Source: Octopus sinensis | Taxonomy: Eukaryota | Length of the DNA: 64,000 bases | Assembly (NCBI RefSeq): GCF_006345805.1 | Contig: NC_043002.1 | Location: forward strand, 30,256,001-30,320,000 | Direction: 5' to 3' | Shown: piece by piece, positions 1 to 12,289 of the stretch | How positions within the stretch are numbered: the stretch's first letter is position 1 | Layout: the number at the start of each line of letters is the position of its first letter | Position numbers and translations under genes: made by a program | The notes under the pieces: generated by a model | The model's input: only the letters and a program-made list of their open reading frames with translations | Databases searched by the model: none | What the model was told of the DNA's origin: nothing

Positions 1-558
1 TGGTGGTGGTGGTAAATTTTGTGAAGATAAGTGGTGTTAAATATATTGCTGCTGTTGATGATGGTGATAATGGTGATGATGAGGAAAATGGCAGTTGTAA
101 TGGAGACACTGGCTTCACATTTCATTCACAGCCATAATACAAAAACTGATCTCTGGTTATTTTTATAAACTTTATTCAACAAGTCAAGGTTGAGTTTAGT
201 CAGGGTCGACTGAACTTAGAAAGATACCGCCATTTTGAAGCCTATGCATTTGTGCGAGTGTGTATGAGTATATATGTATACATACTTATGCATATATGCA
301 TGTGTTTGTTTGTGTGTGTGTGTGTATGTATGCAGTGCGGGACTACCGTTTGTGATGTTTGCAAAAATGCAACGTCATAATCTTTATTGCTGCACATGTT
401 GCACACTATACGAAACCTAATAAATATATCTATAGGTACACGCCCGTCGTGTGTTTGGTGTATGCGTATGTGTGTGAAAACTGCATATACACAGACTTGT
501 ACCTCTCTGCTAGATACATTATTATTATTGTTATTCTTCTTCTACTTCTTCTTCTTAC

Positions 559-591
<33 letters not shown>

Positions 592-592
592 A

Positions 593-825
593 GGCGGCGA
601 GATGGCAGAATCGTTAGCCCGCTGGACGAAATGCTTAGCGGTATTTCGCCCGTCGCTAAGTTCTGAGTTCACATTCTGCCGAGGTCGACTTTACCTTTCA
701 TCCTTTCGAGGTCGATAGATTAAGTACCAGTGAAACACTGGGTTCGATGTAAATCGATTAGTCCCCTTTCCTCAAATTTCAGACCTTGTGCCTATAGTAG
801 AAAGGATTATTATTATTATTATTAC

Positions 826-873
<48 letters not shown>

Positions 874-905
874 CATTATTATTATTATTATTATCATTAT
901 TACTA
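593..905 (+). mobile_element. tRNA-derived SINE, family A, with (ATT)n tail
   Basis: A-box-like TGGCAGAATCG and B-box-like GAGTTCACATTC, central GTCGACTTT.CCTTTCATCCTTTCG.GGTCGAT segment (resembles the Meta domain, from memory), then AGAAAGG plus (ATT)n. About ten homologous copies occur in the window. Confidence 0.85.
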
Positions 906-906
906 C

Positions 907-1118
907 GATGGCGAGCTGGCATTGTCTTTAGCACGCCGGGCGAAATACTTAACGGTATTTCGTCTGTTGCTACGTTCTGAGTTCAAATTCCGCCGCGGTT
1001 GACTTTGCCTTTCATCCTTTCGGGGGTCAATAAATTAACAGCCAGTAAAATACTGGGTTCGATGTGATCGACTCATCCACTTCCCCAATATGGCTGCCCT
1101 TGTGGCAAAATTTGACAC

Positions 1119-1161
<43 letters not shown>

Positions 1162-1175
1162 GTTGTTGTTATTAT
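907..1175 (+). mobile_element. SINE family A, second copy inserted head-to-tail in the tail of the first
   Basis: Same head, B box (GAGTTCAAATTCC) and GACTTTGCCTTTCATCCTTTCGGGGGTC core, with an (ATT)n tail. Confidence 0.85.
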
Positions 1176-1251
1176 TGTTATTAATATTTTTAGTTAAAAT
1201 TTCATATTTATAAATTTCCTAATTTTGTTTTGTTTTCTATTTTTTCTGTAG

Positions 1252-3312
1252 GTCAGTCTGCTTCGTCTCCCAAGCGGGCCAGTGGTGATGCCCATGTTTG
1301 TGGCAAATGCAAGGAAGAATTTCTCGATTTGGCAGAATTTCTTGCTCACAAAAAATCCTGCACACATCTTCCACAGCAACAAACAGAACAGCAGGATGAT
1401 GTTTGTTCTTCTGAAGTAGATCCAGATGGCGACTTTCAAACACAATCCCCTTACACACTTGCTCTTCATGAATCCGAAAGTTTTACAAATCCAACGGAAG
1501 TAGCCCTTAAAAGTATCACGGACTCAATAGACGCTACGTCCTCTGCTCCTTTTTTTCTACAGCTCAATCTCGATGGTAAAATAAATCACAGAGACGCTGA
1601 TGATATCGTTGATGAAGAGATGGATGATGTTGACGATGATGACGATGACGGTGGCGATGATGTTGATGAGGACGATGTTGACGAAGGCGGCGGTGACGGT
1701 GGAGGAGGAGGAGATGGTGGCGGCGACGGTGGAGGTGGTGGCGGTGGCGGTGGTGGAGGCGGCGGCGGCGGCGGCGAAGACGACGATATCATCGATGATG
1801 AAGATGACGAAGACGTTATGAATGACGACGATGACGATGAAAATGTCATCGACAACAGCAACAACCCCAACAACAGCGAAAGTGAGAACAACCTCATCAA
1901 CAGCAGCAACAACAATGACAACGACGCCGACGACGATATCGACGACGGCGATCACAACCTTGTCAGCAGCAATTCTAACAACAACAACAACAACAACAGC
2001 AGCAGCAGCAGCATCATCAACAGCAACAGTAGCATCATCAGTAGCAACAGCTTTCACAGCAGCTTCAGTAACAGCCATCATCTATATCATTTACATCCCC
2101 ATCATCATCATCACCATCATCTCCACCACTCTCTTGCTAATAGTGCCAGTGTTGGTGCAACCAACAGCCTGAGGATGTCACCAGAACAATGTTCGGACAA
2201 ATATAACCCCTTATTACTAAATGGGGTCGAGAAAGATGCCAGCAACTATGATATAAACGGCAGCGAGTTTTTACATCTTGACGAAGGACGGAAATATCTC
2301 TCGGAATCAAACCCTCAACTACCTCACTTTCCACTTCATCCTTATTCGTCAAATCTTATAAACGGCGCCAGTACTGGAGGCAATGTTATTATTGAACCCC
2401 TGCCCGAGACCAGAGCGGCGGTTGCGCAGTTTGCCGAAACAAACAGCGCTGTGGCAGCGGCAGCAGCAGCAGCGGCAGCAGCCTCTGCCGCCGTCACCGC
2501 CACCGACATGGCTTCACTGCGTGCTTCTATTTATGGCCTCCATCAACAGGCCAACGCTTTCATTCAATGTGTCAACATGTTTGAAGAACGTTTCATGGCT
2601 TTTGCATCGAGTCTCGGTTCGGGCCCCACCGCTGCTGCAGCTGGGCTGCATTTGTTGAATGGCCCCTCATCTTTGAACCCACCAGTAGTAAATACCTCAT
2701 CAGGTCTTCTTTCGACGGCTCTTCCGTCTTCTATAGTTAGCGGCGGTGGCAGCATTAATGGTGGACTCGGTGGTAACGGTGGTGTTGGTGTTGGTATTGG
2801 TATTGGTGGTAGTAGTGTTGGGGTTGTTGTCCCGTCTGCGACGGGTCAGCAGCAGGGCTCGATATTGGATAGTGCATCTCCTACTGTTGCTGGCAGTTTA
2901 GCGAATTCGCTTGAAGTTGTGGCCACCACTGCAATACGGCACACAACGGCGGTCCTCAACCAGGCCGGCGGCATACAGACTCAGTGTCATGCACTGCCAC
3001 CTAGTGGACATCAAATCTGTAGTAGTAACAACAGCAGTAGCGGTAGTAGTAGTGGCAACAATAGCATCATTAACAGCAACGTGGCTGGTTGTTTGACTGG
3101 AGGTAGCAGTGTTATAAGCAGCAGTGCAGGCAGTGGTAGCCATCACCATAACCATCATCATCATCATCACCACAGTACAACACCAATTGTGTCGTCCGTA
3201 ATACATCATTTACATCCGCACCAGGAGACTCATGAAAGTACTCAGTTACATACAAACCTCACATCCTTGCCATCATCACATACTACTTCAATGGAATACT
3301 CTCCTTATCACG
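1252..3312 (+). CDS. sall: spalt/SALL zinc-finger transcription factor, first coding exon in this window (probably exon 2; 2061 nt, phase 1-1)
   Basis: Acceptor: polypyrimidine tract plus AG at 1250-1251. Donor: CG|GTAAGT at 3312/3313. Encodes the SALL N-terminal C2HC finger HVCGKCKEEFLDLAEFLAHKKSC (1299-1361) and the conserved spalt motif NVIIEPLPETRAAVAQF (2382-2432). The remainder is poly-D/G/N/S/H/A low complexity. No MSRRKQ-type start exon was found upstream in the window. Confidence 0.93.
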
Positions 3313-3425
3313 GTAAGTACAACTCTTCTTTCTCCCTATTCAATATTCGTTTTGTTTGTGGTATGTCTTATGAAATGCACCTCAGGCGGCCACAACTGGG
3401 CCTTACGTTGGGTTAAATATAACAA

Positions 3426-3630
3426 GTGAGCTGGCAGAAACGTTAGCACGCCGGGCGAAATGCGTAGCCGTATTTCGTCTGCCGCTACGTTCTGAGTTCA
3501 AATTCCGCCGAGGTCGACTTTCATCCTTTCGGGGTCGATAAATTAAGGACCGGTTACGCACTGGGGTCAATATAATCGACTTAATCCGTTTGTCTGTCCT
3601 TGTTTAGCCCCTTGTGGGCTATAAAGAAAT
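3426..3630 (+). mobile_element. SINE family A
   Basis: GAGCTGGCAGAAACGTTAGCACGCCGGGCGAAATG...GAGTTCAAATTCCGCCGAGGTCGACTTTCATCCTTTCGGGGTCGATAAATT. Confidence 0.85.
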
Positions 3631-5048
3631 ATATATATAACAAGTGATTCCTGAATCAAGTAAAACCAACGGCATTTTGTGGCCAAGTATGAGAAGATAC
3701 TTGAATCATTAGACAACATGTGTTTATAATATACATGTGTGTATTACAAGCTGTTCCTCTTTTCTTTTCATATTAATTTTACCACCCCATAAAATAACTG
3801 GGTTTATTTTATCGATGAAAATATATCAATATGAGCTTTTTGTATAATCTGCATGATTACACATGCACGCAAACGATGATTTGGAAATTGCTTAATAAAA
3901 GTTGTGTGAAATCAATTTAAGATGCGATTTGAAAGCAACCGCATGAAGTGTTTATTCGTTGAGCAATTTACACCATTGTCCTTTTTGATTTTTCAACTTC
4001 TATTTGCAAATATTGTTTTTGCGTGTGTCTGTGTGCACGCGTGCCTGTGTGTATGTGTGTGTGAGTGAATGAGAGAGATGTGTTATTGAAAACGCGACTA
4101 TGCTCCAATTTAATCTTTTCTTATATGGGTATTTTTTTTTGGCTTTCGTTTCATTGTGTAAGAAGACCTTTCCACTTTGTTACAATATTTATCTATTGAA
4201 AATATCAACCGATAATGCATCTATACGAAATAGAGTTCTCTACAAATATAGAGAATTTACAATGCAATACTTATATATGATAACAAAAGGACTAATGTTA
4301 ACACTCGTCAGAGACAAGATAAAAGGATACTAATGAGATGTAATTCTAATGACCGAAATATATACGTGATGGCGTGGAACTCTAATAGACAACTTCTGGC
4401 TGTACAGTCTGCATAAATTAGTCATTGACTGTAAAAGTGGTAATACAGATACCTGATGAACATTTATGACCTGATGAAGGCACCCAGAGCGAAAATCTGC
4501 AAACATCGGTAATATGTAGGAAATTTATTATTTCAAACTGCGAGGATTTTATACTAAGATAGAAAGTGACACATACACACTCATACAAATAAATAAATAT
4601 TTTCGAAACAATGTCATGTTTTGGATATAACATGCTTGAAATAAAAGCTATCCCCCGTATAAGCTATTTTGTGTATATATGGAAAATACTTCATATTTCG
4701 TCTGATGATCGTCAATGCCAAATTCGAATTAGTAATATATATATGTATAGATTTGAGACAAGTATTCTGTGTATAGAATACAATTTGTACTGCTCAAGAG
4801 ATTTGAACATCAGCGAGTAGAGGAACAATGTAAGGAGAGGCAAGTTAGGCAAGTCGATATATAAAAATTATTAATACATAAAATGTACATATGTATACAA
4901 ATAAAAAGTCTGACTTATAGAATAATGGGGAAAAGCAAGAGTTTTAAGAGTCCAATAGATGTTTCTGTGCAGGTGGGGACTGTTGGATCGTAAAACTCTT
5001 ACTCGAGGCCTTTATTTAGAACGGACTTTTTTTTCATATTTATATATA

Positions 5049-5393
5049 TTCTTTTATTTGTTTCACTCATTTGATAGCGACCATACTGGAGCACCGGCTT
5101 AAGTCGGTCAAATCTACCTCAGAGCTTATTCATTGTAAACCTAGTACTTATTCTATCTGTCTCAAGTACCGAACCATTAAGTTACGAGGACAGGGGACAA
5201 ACACACACACACACACATATAATATATATATATACCATAGGCTTCTTTCAGTTCCCGTCTACCAAATCCCCTCACAAGACTTTGGTCGACCCGAGGCTAT
5301 AGTGGAAGCCATTTGCCATAGGTGCCACTCAGTGGGAGTGAACCCGAGAACATGTGGTTGGGATGTATTTTTCTTACACAGTCACGCCTGCGC
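5049..5393 (-). mobile_element. tRNA-derived SINE, family B (CORE-like centre, internal CA/TA microsatellite)
   Basis: Reverse complement shows a tRNA-like head, CCAAAGTCTTGTGAGGGGATTTGGTAGACGG and the 3' GGTGCTCCAGTATGGTCGC...AAACAAATAAAAGA shared with other copies. Confidence 0.75.
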
Positions 5394-5653
5394 GCGTGTG
5401 TGTATATGTAATGTATGTATATATATATGTGTGTGTGTGTGTGCGTGTGAGTGTATGTATGGGGGTGACAGCTTTTCTGTTAAACGTAATTCATAAAAAT
5501 ACAACCGGTTTATGTTTCGAATTTTTATCTGTACTCTGGGTTTTCCTGTATAGTATTTCAAATTGAAATTTAAGATGTTATTTATTTTATCATGCATCTC
5601 AGTTTGGAGGTGATCTTCATTGTTTCTGTATTTCTGTATATGTATGTACATAT

Positions 5654-5691
<38 letters not shown>

Positions 5692-5969
5692 AGAGGTTTC
5701 TGCACAGATTGCATATGCAACTTCAACAAAAAATGCTTTTCTTAAACTAATGTAAAGAACACTCCTATCAAAAGTGGTATGCATTGGGAGGGAACTTGGA
5801 ACCTCATAGTTGGCCGAGGGTTGAAGTTTAGATTGGCTACACAAATTTGGAATGTCGAACTCTTGGTGGGGCGATGCGAAAACTCTGTGAGTACAGCCCG
5901 CCAAACAATGAAAACTTGTTACAAGTATTTGAACATCGTACAATGATTGTTTTTGCTATTATTATTGTT

Positions 5970-6392
5970 CGTAGAATCGTTAGATTATCGACGGAGACAA
6001 TTCTGTGCTATAATTTCTTGTTGTTCTTTACGTTCTGAATTCATGTCATGCGGAGATCGACTTTGTCATCCATCCTTTCGGGGTCGATAATATAAGGACT
6101 AACTGAACATCTTTCCCCTTAAATTGCTCGTCCTGTGCTGAATTCGAAACCATGATTGTTGTTGCTGTTGTTACTAAGACAGTGAAATAACAGAGTCCTC
6201 AGCATGCCGAACAAAATGCTTAGCATCATTTCGTGCGTCTTTACGTTCTGAGTTCAGATTTCGCCGTGGTCATCTTTGTATTTCATAATTTTGGGGTGAT
6301 AAAAATAGCAGCAATTGGGCACTAAGGTAGACGTAATCTACTAACTCCGCGCCCACCTAAATTTCAAGCTTTGTGCCTCGAGTAGAAAAGGT
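5970..6392 (+). mobile_element. two degraded SINE family A copies in tandem
   Basis: CATCCTTTCGGGGTCGATAA at ~6070 and TACGTTCTGAGTTCAGATTTCGCCGTGGTC at ~6243, ending TTGTGCCTCGAGTAGAAAAGG. Confidence 0.65.
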
Positions 6393-7720
6393 AATTATTA
6401 TAAACTAATGTTCTTGTTAATGCGTGTGTGTGTGTATCTGTGTGTTTGTTCCGTTCCAGTACAATCTCCTTGTTCTGCACATGATATCACCCCAGTCCTG
6501 GTCTACCATCTCCCCGTTACTATTGATAAAACTCGTTATTATTTCTCTTATAAATGTTCCATCCATCTCTGAAATAAACCATATGTTCAAACCATCATCC
6601 TCTAACACTTCCAGATCCAGCAGCACGTAGAGCATTCGAGAGGTTTTACCTTCATTGAAAAAAAAAAAAACGTGAACAAGAAGAAAAAATAGAAGCAACA
6701 ACAAATGCTACCGGGACTGCTGCTGCGGTTACTCCTTCTACTATTATTGAAAATGGTTTTACGTTGCACGAAAGCAACACAAATACGACATAACATTTAT
6801 AATAATCCATGATATAACATGCAGACAAGCAACAAAACGTAAGTTTTGTGTGCGTTAGGTACCTGCATACAAATAAATAGTTAGATATAGATATGATTTT
6901 ATAAAAAAAAAAAATATATATATATAGGTATTACTATAAAGATAACCGAAGCTTCGACAAATTTAAATCTCCCATAAAGCAATGGATCTACTTCCGTTTC
7001 TTAAAGGAAATTAAAAATGTGAAAAATGCTTCCATGGTGTCTGATAAATATGTTTCTTTTGTTTTTCTTTTTTTTTATGTTTTTATCTTTTTAATCGTAA
7101 CTGTACTAACAACCAAAATTCTTTAGTTGTTTCTCCAGCAGAAACGCTTGTCCAAAGATTGAGTCCTTCGTCTCCTTAAAACCGAAATTTGGAGATTTGA
7201 ATTTTGTATGACACAATATGAAATGAGCACAAATAAGAGTTCTCAGAAATCGATTTAGAAAATTTATTTAAGTATAAAACAGGGCATGTGAATAATGTTC
7301 TCAACTGGAGATAATGGTAAGTGTTGTAATTAACAAGTAGATTTCTTTCCTTGATAGAAATCTCCGTCACTTCTATAGGAGAAAGACCACCAGGAAAATG
7401 GAATTACTCAAATTTCGGGTTAAAGAAATATAATGTATGGAAAAAATAGTATATTTTGACAAGGATGAAGATAAAGAAAGGCTTCCGACGTGGTAGAATT
7501 TGAACTGGAGACTAGTTCGAAGGAGAGGATTCAAACTCTTCCCCACAATCTCTGTTACTAACACAGAAGAAAGAAACGTAAAGGGGACACAATTCGGATT
7601 GCAGCCAATGAAAAGTGGATCATAAGGAGAAAACTAAATAAAGGTTCCTTATATTGCTAGAAAGTTGCAATGTATGAATGGAAAATATTGTATATTGAAG
7701 ATACCTTTGTGCCGTGAACG

Positions 7721-7787
7721 TCGCCAGGAATTGAACTCACGACCATACAATCGTGAGCCGAATGCCCTAACCACTAAGCCACGCGCC
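7721..7787 (-). mobile_element. tRNA-like SINE head, family C
   Basis: Reverse complement GGCGCGTGGCTTAGTGGTTAGGGCATTCGGCTCACGATTGTATGGTCGTGAGTTCAATTCCTGGCGA has clear A and B boxes, but the anticodon and T stems do not pair, so it is not a functional tRNA. Confidence 0.7.
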
Positions 7788-8042
7788 TTCACATCAGACT
7801 AATATATATGTGTTTGCTTGTGTGTATATATGTATGATTGATTGATTGATTCTAGTTTCAGCTCATGAGCTGTGGCCATGCTGGGGCACCGCCATTTGGT
7901 GTTGCTACTTGGTTTTACTTCACGAAAGCTTTTTAGCAACTGCCATTTGGTGCGTGAGAGAGTTCGATGCAGCTGCCCTCATCTGCACCTCCTGCCGTGA
8001 AGTTGGTTATATATATACACACACATATATATGTATATAACA

Positions 8043-8442
8043 TGTGTGGGTGTGGTTGTATGGTAAGAAGCTTACTTCCAAGCAACATGACTGTGGGATC
8101 AGTCTCACAGCGTGGCACCTTGGACAAGTATCTTTTTTCTAGTCTCGGATTTGGTAGACGGAAATCGAAAGAAGCCTGTCGTATATACACATATACGCGT
8201 GTGTATATATTTATTTGCGCGTGTGTGTTTGTGTGAGCGTTCACCTCACCCCCACCCATCGCTTGACCACCTATGTTGGTGTGTTTACGTTCCGGTAACT
8301 TAGGGGATGGACAAAAGGGACCGATAGAATAAATAAGTACTAGACTTACAAAGAATAAATTGTGGGGGCAATTTCTTCAACTAAAACCCTTTGACACGGT
8401 GCTCCAGCACGGCCTCAGTCAAATGACTGAAACAAGTAAAAG
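8043..8442 (+). mobile_element. SINE family B, near full length
   Basis: GTGGTTGTATGGTAAGAAGC head, CGTGGCACCTTGGACAAGT CORE-like segment, GATTTGGTAGACGGAAA, and a CAGTCAAATGACTGAAACAAGTAAAAG end. Confidence 0.8.
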
Positions 8443-9289
8443 CAAAAAAAAAAAAAGACAATAATGTATATATCTGCATAAGTCCGTAAATATGTGTGGT
8501 TGTATATCCCCGAGTGTGAATGTGCGTTTGTATTTATAATATTTACGCTGGACTTAAAAAGCAATACGTTGTATATCATTATGTCTCGTAACGTAGCGGT
8601 TCAACAAAATCTCGATAAAATAAATATTTTTAACAAATATTAGGTGATGCTGGTTATATTATTTATTGAAACATTTGAAAGCTGTGCTCCTGCGTGTCAC
8701 ATAGTCCAATGAATAAATCCTTTATGAGCCTGTACTTCCGTACGTGTTTGTGTGTGTGTGTCTGTGTGTCTTTGTGCATGCTCTGGTTATTTATGTTATG
8801 CCGACTGAGTTATGTCGTCTCTGTATAAATGTGTAAATATCTACGTGTCATTTCTGTTCTGACTCAATATATATTGCCCATTTATTATTGTTTATTCATC
8901 GGAAAATGATAGCATGGAGAAAAGGATATCACTTTGCACAATAAGTTTAGAGATTCAGGCTTGGCACAATATCTCTCGGGATCTCACCTGGCATAACATC
9001 TCAAAATATATCACCTAAAACAACATCATACCGGATTATATTTCAATCTTATTTACCATGCTCACAGGCATGTTTTTCCAATGTATTTTTGTGTGGCCTT
9101 CATTCTATCGTATGTGTGTCTGTCTGTCTGTGCTTGTGTGTGTGTATGTGTGTGTGCCTGTGTCTGCGCGCGCTTGTCAGCATCAGATATTTGTGTCTAA
9201 TTTGTAACATACAATACATTGACACTAACAAAGAAATATATGCGTACATGTTATACGTTTGTGGATGTGTGTGTGTGTGTATTACACAC

Positions 9290-9340
<51 letters not shown>

Positions 9341-9466
9341 TTATAGAGAGAGAGAGAGTTTTCATAGTTTCCATTGTTGGATGTCGTTGATATATGTCAT
9401 ATATTTTTTGTCATTTATCTTGATTCCCAGTCAACATAGAGTTTAAAGTATAGAGTGTTTGTGTGT

Positions 9467-9526
<60 letters not shown>

Positions 9527-9538
<12 letters not shown>

Positions 9539-9745
9539 AAATCCGTTCTGTCTGTCTGTGTGTCTTCTAGGATCTCGGCATCCTCCATCCGATTGCGCCC
9601 AAATATGATATGTAGATACCGGCGGTATCAGGGAGTGTATAAGTCTTAAAAAAATTACAAAAATCAATTCCAGGTGGGAATTCGATCGATAAAGCCGTGG
9701 GACCGTGCATTTGTAAACTCGTTTTTCTTGGAATAGTAAAAAAGT
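9527..9745 (+). mobile_element. possible non-autonomous Helitron-like element fragment
   Basis: TATATTATATAAA, then a (GTCT)n microsatellite, then GATCTC...CCGATTGCGCCCAAAT. This layout resembles the 5' ends of Lep1/DINE-type elements (from memory). No clear 3' hairpin-CTAG end. Confidence 0.35.
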
Positions 9746-9988
9746 CTATTTTTATTTCTTCTTTTGCTGTGTGTGTGTGTGTTTGTGCATATATATTTTT
9801 TTGTTACTTCTATGTTCCCTATATAGCTGGTAATTTAACACGAGATCATAATATGAGAAATATAACCATTAGTTATATTTTATGTAATTCATTTCTTATA
9901 CCTTATCTATTTGTGTATTAACTTACACATAAGCACTCGCGCACACACACACACACACACACACACCACACACACACACATATATATA

Positions 9989-10029
<41 letters not shown>

Positions 10030-10922
10030 GAGGTGGCTGGACGCAGTTCGAAATCGGAAAGGAAATAATTCACCGTCACTAAAATGTGACGCTGCAGCGA
10101 GCTCTAGTATTGCTAGAAATAGAAGTTGGAGAGGTTGTGTCCCCTGTCAATAAATAGAAAATGTGCTTATCTGCCTTAAAATGTTAGTTGACTCTTATAT
10201 CTAGCAATGCTGTTACTCCATGCACCCTTTGTCACATTTTATACACACACTCACCCCTCCCCATACACACATATATATGCTTGTGTGTAAGGTGATGTAT
10301 CGATAGATAAGGTATAATGTAGTGCAAAAATTAACTAGTGGTGTAGTTGGGTGTTTTTTTCGATCTCGTAAAATTATTTGGTATAAGGAACATAGACAGA
10401 AGTAACAAAAGAAATATATATATATACACACACATGAATACTCGTACAAGCATGTAAAATAAAGGAGCATGCACACACCTGTCTGGGTTTGTCTTGGCAC
10501 CTGACAAGCCCAGAGGCAAATGGCATGACAGCCTGTTCCAACTACTGCAGCTGTTCCATCCAGCTCTTTTGTGAATCTTTGTCACTGCTTGCCAATTTGC
10601 AATCCAGGTTGCAAATAATAGCAACAGAAACAAGAAGGCGAGGGTGGTAGTAGTATTAGTAGCAGTAGTAGTAGTAGTAATGATAATGATAATAATAATA
10701 ATAATAACAACAACAACAAGCATGATATTAATAATTATTCTTTATTTCTCCGATGGTGACGAATAGAAGATATTGCGATGGCATTTTGAAGGCGGCGATG
10801 CTGTTAGACTGAGAATGAAGACGACGTAATAATGGTGATCATGATGATATCTCAATATTAATAACAATGATAATAGTAATATTGATATTAATGTCGTAGT
10901 TTAGCAGCAATAAGTATCACCG

Positions 10923-11011
<89 letters not shown>

Positions 11012-12226
11012 TAAAACGTAGTTTGATCTTCTGAAATTGATTTTGACGTTTTATAGACAGAATGAAAATGACAGTGCATGAAATAAAATAGGTGATGACC
11101 AGGATAATGACAATAATAACAAGGATTACAATAGTAGTAGTAGTAGTAGTAGTAGTAGCAGCAGCAGCAGTAGCAAAAGTAGTAGTGTTAGCAGCAGCGG
11201 CAGTAGTGGTGGTGGCAGAGAAAGCGTTGTATTTATAATGGTTTCAAGAAATCTTCCAATAGAAAGGCCTTTTTTTCTTTGTACCACGGTCTTTTAGTCG
11301 TTGTAGTAACTGGCATCATAGCTAAATAATATTTTCTTATTAGCAATAAGGCCACCAAACAAAGAATATTACTCTGCAATAGAATAATGACTAAGAATTT
11401 CAATATGGAATTATTTTAAATCGGAAATTCCCAAGAGTAGATGTGAAATATATAACAAAGATGGCGATGAGATCCAACAAATCTTTAAACGTACATAAGA
11501 TTATCTCTTAAAATGGTTTTCTAATTATGTGATAATTATTTGGGAGCTAGTGTGCAAGTTAATAACAACTTGAAGAGCCCCGAGAATTTTGAAAGAAAAA
11601 ACAAAGATCTAATACGGTTGTTTGCGAAAGCCCCCATGTAGTGGTACAAGTCCAAGTCGTCCTGACGTGTATGGCTTTGTCTTTCTGAAACCGAAAATAC
11701 TTGGACAATTTGTTGTAAATTTTGCTTACTGATTAATTTATGCCTATACTCGTAATTTGCTCGGGCCAATTGATTGTAAAAAATGTGGGTGTACTTTGTC
11801 ACAGTATACTTTTGTATTTGCCTATCAGTTGCCATTAAGTGAGAAATTATTTATAGCTAATACAATTGTAACGAATGTGAATGATTTCTTCCACGAAGTC
11901 CTTGAGAACTATAATTGTCAATGGAAACTTGCTAACTTTTTTTTATAAGAGACGCTGTGTAGCTTAATCGATTTTCTCTTTTAAGTTCTTCTATATCTAT
12001 TCCATTGGAAATTATGTTACCCTTTAGCGATGTTTATTCTCATATTCACACTAAATACTGGATTGTACCACAGAATATTTATGTCTACTTTTACGATTTC
12101 AAACTTTAGCTCTACAAATGTATTTTCTTTTCTCTGGGAAGCCATTGTAACAAAGATACCGGATAAGCGCTGGTTCATCTGAAAATGATGATGGTATACG
12201 CTTAGTAATGTTATGAATTAAATTAC

Positions 12227-12289
<63 letters not shown>

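Noticed and set aside
3313-3416. Read-through of the first ORF past the donor to a stop at 3414-3416 (truncated isoform)
   Set aside because: A strong GTAAGT donor explains the structure. The 34 extra codons have no features, and nothing supports intron retention.
593-3630. SINEs flanking the 2-kb exon as a circRNA-promoting arrangement
   Set aside because: The copies at 593, 907 and 3426 are all in the same orientation, so they cannot pair.
4471-4494. CTGATGA...GAAA hammerhead-like spacing (also at ~46402-46428 and ~60676-60710)
   Set aside because: Stem II has at most 2-3 pairs or is mispositioned, and there is no stem I or cleavage triplet.
7721-7787. Possible tRNA gene (anticodon CAC), and a similar head at 48149-48220
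   Set aside because: A and B boxes are present, but the acceptor, anticodon and T stems do not pair properly, so these are SINE heads.
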